A DNA stretch of 64,000 nucleotides from Candidatus Gottesmanbacteria bacterium RIFCSPHIGHO2_01_FULL_40_15 (GCA_001779115.1 MFJF01000005.1:76922-140921), one strand, 5' to 3'; counted from the stretch's first letter, positions 29,311 to 38,342 are shown. Program-made: numbers and translations. Notes: a model not told the origin generated them from the sequence alone.

Positions 29311-29355
29311 AAAGGCACAACACCGGACCGCGGGCAGTCAGTCAGAAGCAAGTGA
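29311..29355 (+). repeat. 45-bp direct repeat, right copy
   Basis: AAAGGCACAACACCGGACCGCGGGCAGTCAGTCAGAAGCAAGTGA. Confidence 0.9.
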
Positions 29356-29365
29356 TCATAAAATA

Positions 29366-29398
29366 AACAACCCACCGGTATTTCAGCGATGGGTTGTT
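29366..29398 (-). repeat. Palindromic element copy 2 (terminator-like)
   Basis: AACAACCCACCGGTATTTCAGCGATGGGTTGTT. Confidence 0.72.
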
Positions 29399-29442
29399 AT
29401 AAAAATGAGTTGTCAGTAATCTGCACTCATTTTGAATCTACT

Positions 29443-29940
29443 TTATTCAGGCCTGTTTGATCCAACTGCAACAAGTCCGGAACTATTCCAGGGAGCACTC
29501 GAAAGCGTAGTTAATTTTGCTGAATCAGCAACTCCATCACAAACTACTGTGTTTGGATTATCTAAACGAACATTAACACGCGGCTCAGGACCGGGTTTGG
29601 TCGGATCGATATCAGCAACTGAAAAACCGTTAGCATTAAGATGTCCGGTTCCGCCGGCAATTGCCACAAAACATCCAAGTGAATGAACATTACCATCGTA
29701 GAAAATTACTTCATAAGATACACCAGGAACCAAACCTTGAGCATTTACATTAACAACCCAGTTGTCTTTTCCGCTTCTATAATTTAATACTACTTTCCCT
29801 TTTGCACTATCATATTCATCCGCTTCACTTGAATCTTGAGATAATGAACCTTGCCAATTATCAAATTTACCAGCTGCTAACACACCATTTGCTGTCAGAA
29901 GCCATAATACGGCTACTGAAGTACCGATTAATTTTTTCAT
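29443..29940 (-). CDS. Secreted beta-sandwich protein of unknown function
   Basis: Signal peptide MKKLIGTSVAVLWLLTANGVLA; SD AAAGGGGGTGA 29947-29957; G.V.L...V.V.A.GL.PG..Y.V...LG.F....G.G pattern. Confidence 0.75.
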   Translation of the reverse strand: MKKLIGTSVAVLWLLTANGVLAAGKFDNWQGSLSQDSSEADEYDSAKGKVVLNYRSGKDNWVVNVNAQGLVPGVSYEVIFYDGNVHSLGCFVAIAGGTGHLNANGFSVADIDPTKPGPEPRVNVRLDNPNTVVCDGVADSAKLTTLSSAPWNSSGLVAVGSNRPE

Positions 29941-30018
29941 CAATTTTCACCCCCTTTTTGGCAGGATATTGGAAGACAGATTTTTGGGCAGAGGAAAATT
30001 AAGCTTTGAGTACCGCAA

Positions 30019-30048
30019 AGACTATCATAACAACAAAACTCTTGTCAA
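30019..30048 (-). promoter_or_regulatory. Sigma70 promoter of the 29940 gene
   Basis: TTGACA-18nt-TAGTCT with TG extension. Confidence 0.5.
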
Positions 30049-30070
30049 ACAAATTTATATTTCCCAAAAA

Positions 30071-30101
30071 AACAATCCGCGGGCAATATACCTACGGGTT
30101 G
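30071..30101 (-). repeat. Palindromic element copy 3 (more decayed)
   Basis: AACAATCCGCGGGCAATATACCTACGGGTTG; aligns without gaps to copy 1. Confidence 0.65.
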
Positions 30102-30133
30102 AATATATATAAATTATATATTTTTAAAAGGAT

Positions 30134-30319
30134 ATGCCTGACCAGGCGGGATGTGTGATTAAAGGAAATATGGATAATAACGGGAGAAACCGCATTTATT
30201 ATCTGCCGGGGTGCACACAGTATAAGTTTACCGTGGTTGAAAAGGATAAGGGAGAGGCATGGTTTTGTATGCAGAGGCAGGCGCAGCAGACGGGATTTGT
30301 TAAAGCTAAAACCTGTTAG
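30134..30319 (+). pseudogene. Isolated Cys-containing C-terminal domain of thermonuclease-type secreted proteins (remnant)
   Basis: CVIKGN...IYYLPGC..Y......KGEAWFC....A...GF.KA..C matches the C.IKGNI..YH.PG..Y..GE.WFC.E.EA..AG motif. Confidence 0.6.
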
Positions 30320-30332
30320 AGGTTGAGAAAGA

Positions 30333-31358
30333 TTACTTATAATAGGTTGATCTTCCTTTGCCAAAGCGTTTGATTAAACCCATATTCTGAAGTTTTTTAA
30401 AATCAAGAATTCTGGTTGATTTTCCCCGGTCTGTCAGTTTGGCATATTCCCTATCGGTAATAAAACCATTTTTTTCGATATATTCCAACATCTTTTCATG
30501 ATAGGGCATCAGTTTAGTTTCCGGACTAACTGATATTTCCGGCAGCAGCTTTTTGACCCTTAACAGCTCATCAATAATACCGTCAGTAAAATATTCCAGC
30601 CAGGAGGTAAAATCGATCGAATCACGGGTTTCGTAGTAATTTCCGATTACTCCAACACTTTTGAAGTAGTTGGATACATTACGATTATAATAATTTTCAA
30701 AGCTGAAAAGATTAAAGGTATCAAGACCAAGATCTTTTAACAGAACTTTTGTTGCCAGTCTTGAAGTCCTGCCATTACCGTCCATAAAGGGATGAATAAT
30801 GACAAGCTGTTTATGAAATAAACCGGCTAAAATAAGAGGATCGAAATTGCCTTTTTTTATTTTAATAAACTCAATTAATTGACTCATAAGTATCGGGATA
30901 TCTTTTGCGTCCGGAGGCCAATAAATAGTTTGATTTTTCTTAGGATCATTGACAAAGACCGGTTTTAATCTGAATTTTCCTGATTCATGTATTGGCACTA
31001 ATTTTTCGGTTACCTGCTTTTGAATTGTACAAATTGATTCAACAGTCAGTGAAAAATGTCCTCTCAGGCTTAATTTTTTATTCAAATTTACAAGAGCTTT
31101 ATTGTAATTAATGACTTCCTGTTCGCTTGATCCCAGATTTTGCGGTGTTGATTTAAGAATTTGTTTGACATCAGTCAAAGGAAGCGGATTGCCCTCAATT
31201 GATGTTGAGGCAAAAGTGGAAATTTCGCGGGCAGATTTCTCCATTTTATGGAGTACGATTTTGGAAAACTTTTTCCGGTTGAGCTCATAAACCCGCTTAT
31301 TTATAGACTTTATGTTGGAAAGAAGTTTATGGGAAATCGCGTACTTAGGATTGAACAT
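30333..31358 (-). CDS. Fic family protein (N-terminal autoinhibitory motif, C-terminal wHTH)
   Basis: HPFMDGNGRTSR Fic motif; STSIEGN inhibitory motif; IT..EY......ST...D...L...GLI...GKGRST.Y wHTH. Confidence 0.93.
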   Translation of the reverse strand: MFNPKYAISHKLLSNIKSINKRVYELNRKKFSKIVLHKMEKSAREISTFASTSIEGNPLPLTDVKQILKSTPQNLGSSEQEVINYNKALVNLNKKLSLRGHFSLTVESICTIQKQVTEKLVPIHESGKFRLKPVFVNDPKKNQTIYWPPDAKDIPILMSQLIEFIKIKKGNFDPLILAGLFHKQLVIIHPFMDGNGRTSRLATKVLLKDLGLDTFNLFSFENYYNRNVSNYFKSVGVIGNYYETRDSIDFTSWLEYFTDGIIDELLRVKKLLPEISVSPETKLMPYHEKMLEYIEKNGFITDREYAKLTDRGKSTRILDFKKLQNMGLIKRFGKGRSTYYK

Positions 31359-31391
31359 AATAGTCGAATTATAGTCGATTATTAGTCTATT
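31359..31391 (-). promoter_or_regulatory. Three phased 11-bp direct repeats over the Fic -10 box
   Basis: AATAGTCGAAT / TATAGTCGATT / ATTAGTCTATT; TATAAT on the minus strand at 31368-31373. Confidence 0.6.
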
Positions 31392-31400
31392 AACAATTGT

Positions 31401-32339
31401 TTACCGAAAAACGGGCAAGTGGGAAGGATGATATTTGTCATCAAGGAGTGAAACCGAGAAGACTTGCCCGTGCTTTTTGAGGATTTTTTGCTTTTTCAGG
31501 AGGTCTTTTTCAGAAACGGTGTCTGCTTTGGTGAGAAGGATTATTTCTTCTTTTTTGGCCATGTCGGGGTTAAACTGTGTTAATTCTTTTCTGACAACAC
31601 GGTAATCTTTATCCGGATTGTCGGATTCTGCGGATATGCAGTGGAGTAGCAATTTTACTTTTTCAATGTGTTTTAAAAATTTTATTCCCAACCCCCGACC
31701 AGAGGATGCGCCTTCAATGAGTCCGGGGATATCCGCCAGGATAATGCTTCCCATGACGCCGAGATTGGGTTCAAGAGTGGTAAAAGGATAATCGGCGACT
31801 TTGACATTGGAATTGGTCAGTTCATTGAGGAGGCTGCTTTTGCCGGCATTGGGAAGACCGATTAACCCGAGGTCGGCTATTAATTTCAGGACAATTTTGA
31901 TTCTTTTTTCCTGTCCCGGTTTACCCGGCTGGGCAAATTTAGGAGTGGTGTTTGAGGGTGAGGCCAGGGCATTGGTGCCTTTTCCGCCCCTGCCGCCTTT
32001 GGCAATGAGGATTTTTTGTCCGATATCGTTTAATTCGATGGTCTCACCGGTATCCTGATCAATGAGGATTGACCCAAGCGGCAATACAATTGTCAGATCA
32101 TCGCCTTTTTTGCCGGTTTTATTGTATTTACCTCCCGTCTGGCCGTCTTGTGCTTTCCACAACTTTTTTCCCTGAAACCGGTTAAGAAGGGATAAATCAG
32201 AGCTTGTCTCAAGATAAATATTGCCTCCGTCACCCCCGTTGCCTCCGTCAGGGCCGGATTTAAACCCTGGATAAAATGAGGCTTTCCCGTCTCCGCCACG
32301 GCCGGCATGGAATATAACTTGTACTTCATCGACAAACAT
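31401..32339 (-). CDS. obgE: GTPase ObgE/CgtA (short)
   Basis: MFVDEV, GPDGGNGGDGG, GLPNAGKSS, YPFTTLEPNLG, DIPGLIEGA, TKAD. Confidence 0.96.
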   Translation of the reverse strand: MFVDEVQVIFHAGRGGDGKASFYPGFKSGPDGGNGGDGGNIYLETSSDLSLLNRFQGKKLWKAQDGQTGGKYNKTGKKGDDLTIVLPLGSILIDQDTGETIELNDIGQKILIAKGGRGGKGTNALASPSNTTPKFAQPGKPGQEKRIKIVLKLIADLGLIGLPNAGKSSLLNELTNSNVKVADYPFTTLEPNLGVMGSIILADIPGLIEGASSGRGLGIKFLKHIEKVKLLLHCISAESDNPDKDYRVVRKELTQFNPDMAKKEEIILLTKADTVSEKDLLKKQKILKKHGQVFSVSLLDDKYHPSHLPVFR

Positions 32340-32422
32340 ATGAGAATTATAGAGGATTCGGGAAAGAAAAGTACGGAATTAGAATTTTTAAAAAACGCAA
32401 AAAAGAGTAGAATTAGATCGCT

Positions 32423-33232
32423 ATGACGGGCAGCAGAGAAAGACTCTTGTATGTTGATCCCAAATACCGGGTCAGAGATTCCATTGACAGAGGGTTGGAT
32501 TTTGTATTTTTAAGGGCTGTCCGGGAGATTGAAACTTCTGGGACTGAGGCAAATATTCCCCAAAAAGGCGGCTTGGTGGTCGGATTTGCTCCTCACAACG
32601 GATGGATAGAACCGATAGCCATTGATCATTTTTTAAGAAAAAAAAGAGCGGATAAACGCGGGGGTGTCTGGGTGACGCGGAAAGAAAATGCGCAAGAAAT
32701 TCCGGCCGTTCTGACAGGAGAACGGCGCTTTATCTATATAGACAGGGACTATCCCAAACCGAGTATATTCAGAAAAGTGGCCTCTGTATTGCAGAATCAA
32801 GGAGTGATTGCTTCGGCTTTTGAGGGAACCAGATACGGATCAGGAGACAGAGAGGGAGGTGATATTTTAACTTTGGGAAAGTTCAAACCGGGATTGGTTT
32901 TGTTTGCCCGACGGCATAATATTCCCATTTTGCCGGTGGTTGTATTGGGGGCTGAACGAATCATCCCTTCCCCTGAAAAAATCAAAGTTAAATACGGAAT
33001 ATTGGGGGTTGTCAGGGAATTGATAAAAGAGATAACCGCCGGAGATGATTTGCTGCAGGTGAGATTTTTGCCTTTATATGATGAACATTTATCTTCCGGA
33101 GATGAACTGCCGGACAGGGATGAGTTTTTAAATCATCACACCCGGCTATTGGCTGAGAAAATGGTTGGAGAAATCAGGAGACTGAGGACTGATTATCCTC
33201 TGGGATATTACCGGGAAGGCGGAAGTTTTTAA
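32423..33232 (+). CDS. Lysophospholipid acyltransferase (PlsC/LPLAT)-like protein
   Basis: PHNGWIE (Hx4E variant), FIYIDR, AFEGTR, FKPG, PILPV. Confidence 0.72.
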   Translation: MTGSRERLLYVDPKYRVRDSIDRGLDFVFLRAVREIETSGTEANIPQKGGLVVGFAPHNGWIEPIAIDHFLRKKRADKRGGVWVTRKENAQEIPAVLTGERRFIYIDRDYPKPSIFRKVASVLQNQGVIASAFEGTRYGSGDREGGDILTLGKFKPGLVLFARRHNIPILPVVVLGAERIIPSPEKIKVKYGILGVVRELIKEITAGDDLLQVRFLPLYDEHLSSGDELPDRDEFLNHHTRLLAEKMVGEIRRLRTDYPLGYYREGGSF

Positions 33233-33263
33233 TAATAATATTTGTGCAGTATAATTAACGGCT

Positions 33264-33479
33264 ATGGAGAAAATACCTAATTATCCCAGAGATATTATTG
33301 TTCCTGCCGAAACGGAGATAAACACAGGAAAACATGAAGATGGAGAGTCTTTTTTTACAAACCAACCTACAACTTTAAGAATTATTGGACCCATATCGGA
33401 CAATGCCTATCCCGTACTTATTGTCGAAAATGGAGAAGTGGGACAGGATCTATTCTTTTTTCATCAGCCGGAACCTTAA
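33264..33479 (+). CDS. Small hypothetical protein
   Basis: 71-aa ORF with TATAAT 8 nt before the ATG. Confidence 0.55.
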   Translation: MEKIPNYPRDIIVPAETEINTGKHEDGESFFTNQPTTLRIIGPISDNAYPVLIVENGEVGQDLFFFHQPEP

Positions 33480-33594
33480 CGAAATGTTATTTTATATGTA
33501 ACTTGATCATCACCTCCCTGCGTTTCAAACATTTTCAATAGCTTTGACTTTATAAAGAAGGATATAATAGAATTCGGTGGGTTTTTTTGCACTT

Positions 33595-35436
33595 ATGATA
33601 CATAAGGAAATCAGGGAAAAATATATCAGTTTTTTTACGACCAACCCCAGGAACCATAAGGAAATTCCGTCGTCTCCCCTTATTCCTGAGAATGACCCGA
33701 CGGTTCTTTTTATAACAGCCGGTATGCATCCGTTGGTTCCCTACCTGATGGGTGAACCCCATCCGTTGGGCAAACGCCTGGTTAATATCCAGAAGTCTTT
33801 CCGGACCGATGACATTGAAGAGGTTGGTGACCATTCGCATTTTACTTTTTTTGAAATGCTGGGAAACTGGTCTTTGGGTGATTATTTCAAAAAGGAAGCA
33901 ATCGAGTGGTCGTTTGATTTTCTGACATCAAAAGACTGGTTGTTCTATGACCCGAAAAAAATATACGTCTCCGTATTTGAAGGAGACCGGGACGCGCCCC
34001 GGGACGAGGATTCCATCAGGGTTTGGAAAGAAGTGTATAAGAATGCCGGGATAACGGCTGAGATTGGTGACAGTAAAAAGGGGGTCAGCGGCAACAGCCG
34101 GATATTCCCCTATCCAAAGACTAAAAACTGGTGGGGACCGGCAGGAACAACAGGACCGTGCGGGCCGGATTCGGAAATGTTTTATGATACAGAGCTTCCA
34201 TTGCATAAAAAAGAACTATACGGTCCGGTTTGCCATATAAACTGCGACTGCGGCAGGTATATTGAAGTGTGGAATGATGTTTTCATGGAATTTAATAAAA
34301 ATGCGGACGGAACCTATGAACCCCTGAAACAGAAAAATGTTGATACAGGCATGGGTATGGAGAGGGTAACGGCACTGACTTCCTGGTTAAGAAAAGCGAT
34401 TCCCGAACCGGATCCGTTTCTGACTGACTTGTTTGGCAAATCCCGGTATTTTATCCAGCAGATTTCCAACAAGGATTATGAAGAGCCTTTTAAGAAATCC
34501 ATCAGGATAATCCTGGACCATGTGCGGGCGGTAACATTTCTAATTGCCGACGGAGCGGAACCCGGCAATAAGGAAAGAGGCTATGTGACCAGAAGGCTCA
34601 TCAGAAGGGCAATCCGGCACGGGCAAATTTTGGGAATTCATGTAGATTTCATGTCCGATACGGCCGGGCAGATAATCAGTAATTACCGGGAAATTTATCC
34701 GGAAGTTAAAAACAAAGAGGAAATTATAAAATCCATACTTTCAACAGAAGAGGTAAATTTCCGTAAATTATTAAAAAAGGGCCTTGATTTCATTGAAAAA
34801 CAGGCGTCGCTCAACGGAAAAATAGCTTTTGATTTATACCAGAGTTTCGGCTTTCCGCCGGAGTTAACATTTGAGATTGCCAAAGAACGGGGAATTGAGA
34901 TGGACAGAAAAACTTATGAGGAAGAATTTGCCAAACACCAGGAAAAATCAAGAACGGCAACGAAGGGCGTTTTTAAGGGCGGGCTCCAGGACCATTCTGA
35001 GGAAACAAAAAAACTTCATACGGCAACCCATCTCCTGCAAAAAGCGCTTGTTGACGTCTTGGGACGCCATGTCAGGCAAAAAGGAAGCCATATTACGGCG
35101 GAAAGGTTGAGGTTTGATTTTTCCCATGACAGGAAAATGACCGGGGAGGAAATTGAGAAAACGGAGGAGCTTGTCAACCGGAAAATCAGGGAAAATCTGG
35201 CGGTAACCAAAGAGACAGTTAAAATTGAAGACGCACTTAAATCGGGAGCGTTAACAGTTCCGGGAGTTAAATATCCCGAAAAGGTGACCGTTTATAAAAT
35301 GGGAAATTTTTCCAGGGAAGTCTGCGGCGGACCCCATGTTGACTTTACAGGCTCGTTGGGAAAGTTTAAGATAATAAAAGAGGAAGCAGCCGGGAACCTG
35401 AACCGGCGGATCTACGCAATTCTTTCAAAAACTTAG
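33595..35436 (+). CDS. alaS: Alanine--tRNA ligase (lacks the C-Ala domain)
   Basis: LFITAGM, FFEMLGNWS.GDYFK, GPCGP, DTGMGMER, editing motifs HTATH and CGGPH; ends at RRIYA. Confidence 0.96.
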   Translation: MIHKEIREKYISFFTTNPRNHKEIPSSPLIPENDPTVLFITAGMHPLVPYLMGEPHPLGKRLVNIQKSFRTDDIEEVGDHSHFTFFEMLGNWSLGDYFKKEAIEWSFDFLTSKDWLFYDPKKIYVSVFEGDRDAPRDEDSIRVWKEVYKNAGITAEIGDSKKGVSGNSRIFPYPKTKNWWGPAGTTGPCGPDSEMFYDTELPLHKKELYGPVCHINCDCGRYIEVWNDVFMEFNKNADGTYEPLKQKNVDTGMGMERVTALTSWLRKAIPEPDPFLTDLFGKSRYFIQQISNKDYEEPFKKSIRIILDHVRAVTFLIADGAEPGNKERGYVTRRLIRRAIRHGQILGIHVDFMSDTAGQIISNYREIYPEVKNKEEIIKSILSTEEVNFRKLLKKGLDFIEKQASLNGKIAFDLYQSFGFPPELTFEIAKERGIEMDRKTYEEEFAKHQEKSRTATKGVFKGGLQDHSEETKKLHTATHLLQKALVDVLGRHVRQKGSHITAERLRFDFSHDRKMTGEEIEKTEELVNRKIRENLAVTKETVKIEDALKSGALTVPGVKYPEKVTVYKMGNFSREVCGGPHVDFTGSLGKFKIIKEEAAGNLNRRIYAILSKT

Positions 35437-35453
35437 GTTTTTAAATTTTCTAA

Positions 35454-37625
35454 ATGTCATTACTTACCCAGATTTTGCCGAAAAAGGAAGGCACAAATTA
35501 TTTCATTCTTTTAGGTCTTGAGGAGAATATTGTCAGGGCGGCGGTTGGAGAAATTTCTGACAGCAAAGTCAGAATCCTGGGAACCGGTAAAAGCGAATTT
35601 GCCGACGAAAAGAATGAAACGGAGGCGGTTGATATGGCCATATCCATGGCCGAAAAATCCCTGCCTGAAGAAATACTTCCGGAAAATGTCATATTTGCCC
35701 TGCCCCAGTTTTATCTTGAAGGAACAAACGTCAAAGAAGAATATTTGAAAAGACTGAAAAAAATTTCCAAAGAGCTGAATTTGAAAGCGGAAGGCTTTGT
35801 CGATTATGCTTCTGCTATCAGCTATTACCTGGATAATGAAGAGGGCGCGCCGCCAACAGTATTGCTTTTTGACCTGACCAAAAACCACCTGACGATAACC
35901 CTTATCAGAATCGGAAAAATTTCCCAGCATGTTATCGTTGACAGAACAGATTCCATAGTATCTGATTTTTCCGGGGCTTTGCCCGAATTTAAGGCGGAAA
36001 TTCTGCCTTCAAGAATTATTCTTTATGACGGTGCGGAAAAAATTGACGAGATAAAAGAAGAACTTCTCAGATTCCCCTGGCACAAGCATTCCATATTCTT
36101 ACATACCCCCAAAATCGAAATTCTGTCAAATGATAAAATTCTGAAATCCATAATTGAGGCGGCATCGACGACATTTCTGCCTAAACCTGACGCATTAATC
36201 CAAATGAAACAGTCTTATAACCCGGAAGACACCGGTGAAAAAGAAACCGTAACTGAAAATCCGCCGAAAATTGGAGAAACACAAAAAATTGTAGGCGATG
36301 AGAATGACAAAGCGCCAGATACGGATAATGAAAATAAACAGAATTTCGGATTTGTCAGTGAAACACTGGCGGAAAAAGCGGAGAAATTTAAAAGAGAAAC
36401 ATCACCATATTCTGAAAGGTCCGGCAGGAAAAACGGACATGAGGCGCCAATTGATATAGGCGCAATTAGCGGTCAAATCATAACCAAATTTAATAATATC
36501 AAAGGAGTTTTTTACCTGGTACCATTGGTTTTATTAATTTTTGTTGCTTATCTTTTTATATTAAATTATCCCAGGGCGTCCGTTTCCTTAATAACTTACC
36601 CCAGACCGTATGATCAGACATTGGATATCGTATTTTCACAGGAAGCCGGGGCGGGAGACGATTTGCCTCTTATATTAACCAGAACTGTTAAAGGCGAGGC
36701 AGGCGGAGAAAAATCAGCCAAAACTACCGGAAAAAACCAGATCGGAGAAAAAGCCAAAGGTGAAATTTCAATTTACAATAAAACTTTATCCTCAAAACAA
36801 TTGCCTAAAGGAACAATTTTACAAACCGGACCGTTAAAATTTACTTTGGATGGTGATGTAAAAATTGCCTCAGCAACGGAAACCGGAGAAGGAATAAACT
36901 TCGGAAAAGCATCGGCTAAAGTAATTGCGGCAGTTATCGGACCGGAAGGAAATCTGGCGGCTAACAGTAATTTCACGGTGGTTGATTTTTCCGACTCTAC
37001 ACTGACTGCCAAAAACAGCCAGCCATTCTCAGGCGGAACAAGCCGGGAGATTGCCAGCATTTCAAGGGAAGACCGGGATAATCTGGAAGAAAAGTTAATG
37101 ACTGAGCTTGTCAATAAAGCCAAACAGAGTCTGGTAAAAGAATTATCATCAGGAGAAAGACTCCTCGAAACACCAATATCAACTGAGATTTCAGCCAAGA
37201 AATTCAGCGGTGAGGCGGGAAGTGAAGCTGAAAAACTTAATCTGTCCATGACATTAACAGTTGAAGCCCAGGTTTTTAAGCAAAACGAATTGGAAAAACT
37301 GGCAGAGGAAAACAAATTATCGGCAATAGCCGGTTATACTTTGGACAAGGATAAAGTGAGCTTCAGCGTTTTAGAGAGTGTGATTGAAAAAAACGGATCA
37401 ATCAAGGCAAAGGTTAAACTTGTTTCCTATTTTATTCCCGATCTTGACATGGGGAAAATCAAAAAAGACCTCAAAGGAAAAACCTATGACGGAGCCGTTT
37501 CATATCTGGAGAAAATCGAAAACATTGCCGGAGTTAAAATATCGGTAATAAGGAAACTGCCTCTTTTTAATAAACGCCTCCCGTATTTGCCGGATAATAT
37601 CAGTGTATCACTGGTATCCAGATAA
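35454..37625 (+). CDS. FtsA-like cytoplasmic domain + TM + extracellular baseplate-J/gp47-like region
   Basis: N-terminus resembles the FtsA/PilM actin fold; single TM near aa 352-371; AKG.I.IYN...LPKGT.L...F.L...V.A..IG.EGN...N..PFSGG motif. Confidence 0.65.
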   Translation: MSLLTQILPKKEGTNYFILLGLEENIVRAAVGEISDSKVRILGTGKSEFADEKNETEAVDMAISMAEKSLPEEILPENVIFALPQFYLEGTNVKEEYLKRLKKISKELNLKAEGFVDYASAISYYLDNEEGAPPTVLLFDLTKNHLTITLIRIGKISQHVIVDRTDSIVSDFSGALPEFKAEILPSRIILYDGAEKIDEIKEELLRFPWHKHSIFLHTPKIEILSNDKILKSIIEAASTTFLPKPDALIQMKQSYNPEDTGEKETVTENPPKIGETQKIVGDENDKAPDTDNENKQNFGFVSETLAEKAEKFKRETSPYSERSGRKNGHEAPIDIGAISGQIITKFNNIKGVFYLVPLVLLIFVAYLFILNYPRASVSLITYPRPYDQTLDIVFSQEAGAGDDLPLILTRTVKGEAGGEKSAKTTGKNQIGEKAKGEISIYNKTLSSKQLPKGTILQTGPLKFTLDGDVKIASATETGEGINFGKASAKVIAAVIGPEGNLAANSNFTVVDFSDSTLTAKNSQPFSGGTSREIASISREDRDNLEEKLMTELVNKAKQSLVKELSSGERLLETPISTEISAKKFSGEAGSEAEKLNLSMTLTVEAQVFKQNELEKLAEENKLSAIAGYTLDKDKVSFSVLESVIEKNGSIKAKVKLVSYFIPDLDMGKIKKDLKGKTYDGAVSYLEKIENIAGVKISVIRKLPLFNKRLPYLPDNISVSLVSR

Positions 37626-37632
37626 GGGAAAA

Positions 37633-38337
37633 ATGGCAATTTATTCCTACACCAAAACAAAAGCGCCGATATCAAAAAAACTTCTATCGGTAATATCAGT
37701 CGTTCTCATACTGACAGGACTGACTCTTTTAACTGCCGTCATCTACCCGATCGTTGCTTTTGAAATTTATTATTCTTCAAAATATGCCAATTTAATCAAG
37801 CCGATTCCTGATGACAATAAATCATTAACCGGAAATTTATCGGAGGTGCTGGGTACGGCCTTTACCGATTACACAAAAGCAAGCATCTGGTTTCCCAAGG
37901 CCAGCCGGGTTAATCTTGTCAGGAATTCTTCCCAATATCTGTTGTCGATTCCCAAATTAAAAGTAAATAAGGCAAATGTTATTGTCGGATCAGATGACCT
38001 GTCAAAATCGCTGATACACTTTACCGGACCGCTACCGGGAAGCCGCGGAAATCCGGTCATATTCGGGCATTCAACCATACTTCTTTTTTACAACCCTTCA
38101 GACTATAAAGCGATTTTTTCCAAACTTCCTGATCTTGAACTGGGAGATGAGATATTTATTGAACTGGATAATGTCACCTATACTTTCAGAGTTTATGATA
38201 TGTTTATAACATCACCTTCGGATCTGTCGGTGCTGGAGCAAAATACCGACGATGAAGAAATTACTTTGATAACTTGTGTTCCTCCGGGAACATATCTTAA
38301 GCGGTTTATAGTTAAAGCGAGACTGGAAAAAATATAA
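37633..38337 (+). CDS. Sortase
   Basis: N-terminal TM, LSIPKL, IFGHS (His), TLITC (Cys), KRFIV (Arg). Confidence 0.9.
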   Translation: MAIYSYTKTKAPISKKLLSVISVVLILTGLTLLTAVIYPIVAFEIYYSSKYANLIKPIPDDNKSLTGNLSEVLGTAFTDYTKASIWFPKASRVNLVRNSSQYLLSIPKLKVNKANVIVGSDDLSKSLIHFTGPLPGSRGNPVIFGHSTILLFYNPSDYKAIFSKLPDLELGDEIFIELDNVTYTFRVYDMFITSPSDLSVLEQNTDDEEITLITCVPPGTYLKRFIVKARLEKI

Positions 38338-38342
38338 ACTTC

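Larger units (their letters stand above)
28091..29355. mobile_element. 1.2-kb islet inserted at a gene 3' end (no recombinase encoded)
   Basis: Flanked by the 45-bp duplication; carries two orphan ORFs. Confidence 0.6.

Noticed and set aside
26758-30101. Palindromes as canonical integron attC sites or CRISPR repeats
   Set aside because: Too short for attC, no RYYYAAC/GTTRRRY boxes or extrahelical bases, no intI; spacing is irregular and gene-sized
33481-33504. Possible dif (XerCD) site
   Set aside because: Only a partial XerD-like arm and no XerC arm at 6-bp spacing
35454-37625. Prophage or contractile injection system suggested by the baseplate-J-like region
   Set aside because: No sheath, tube, terminase or other phage genes; the gene is membrane-anchored among housekeeping genes
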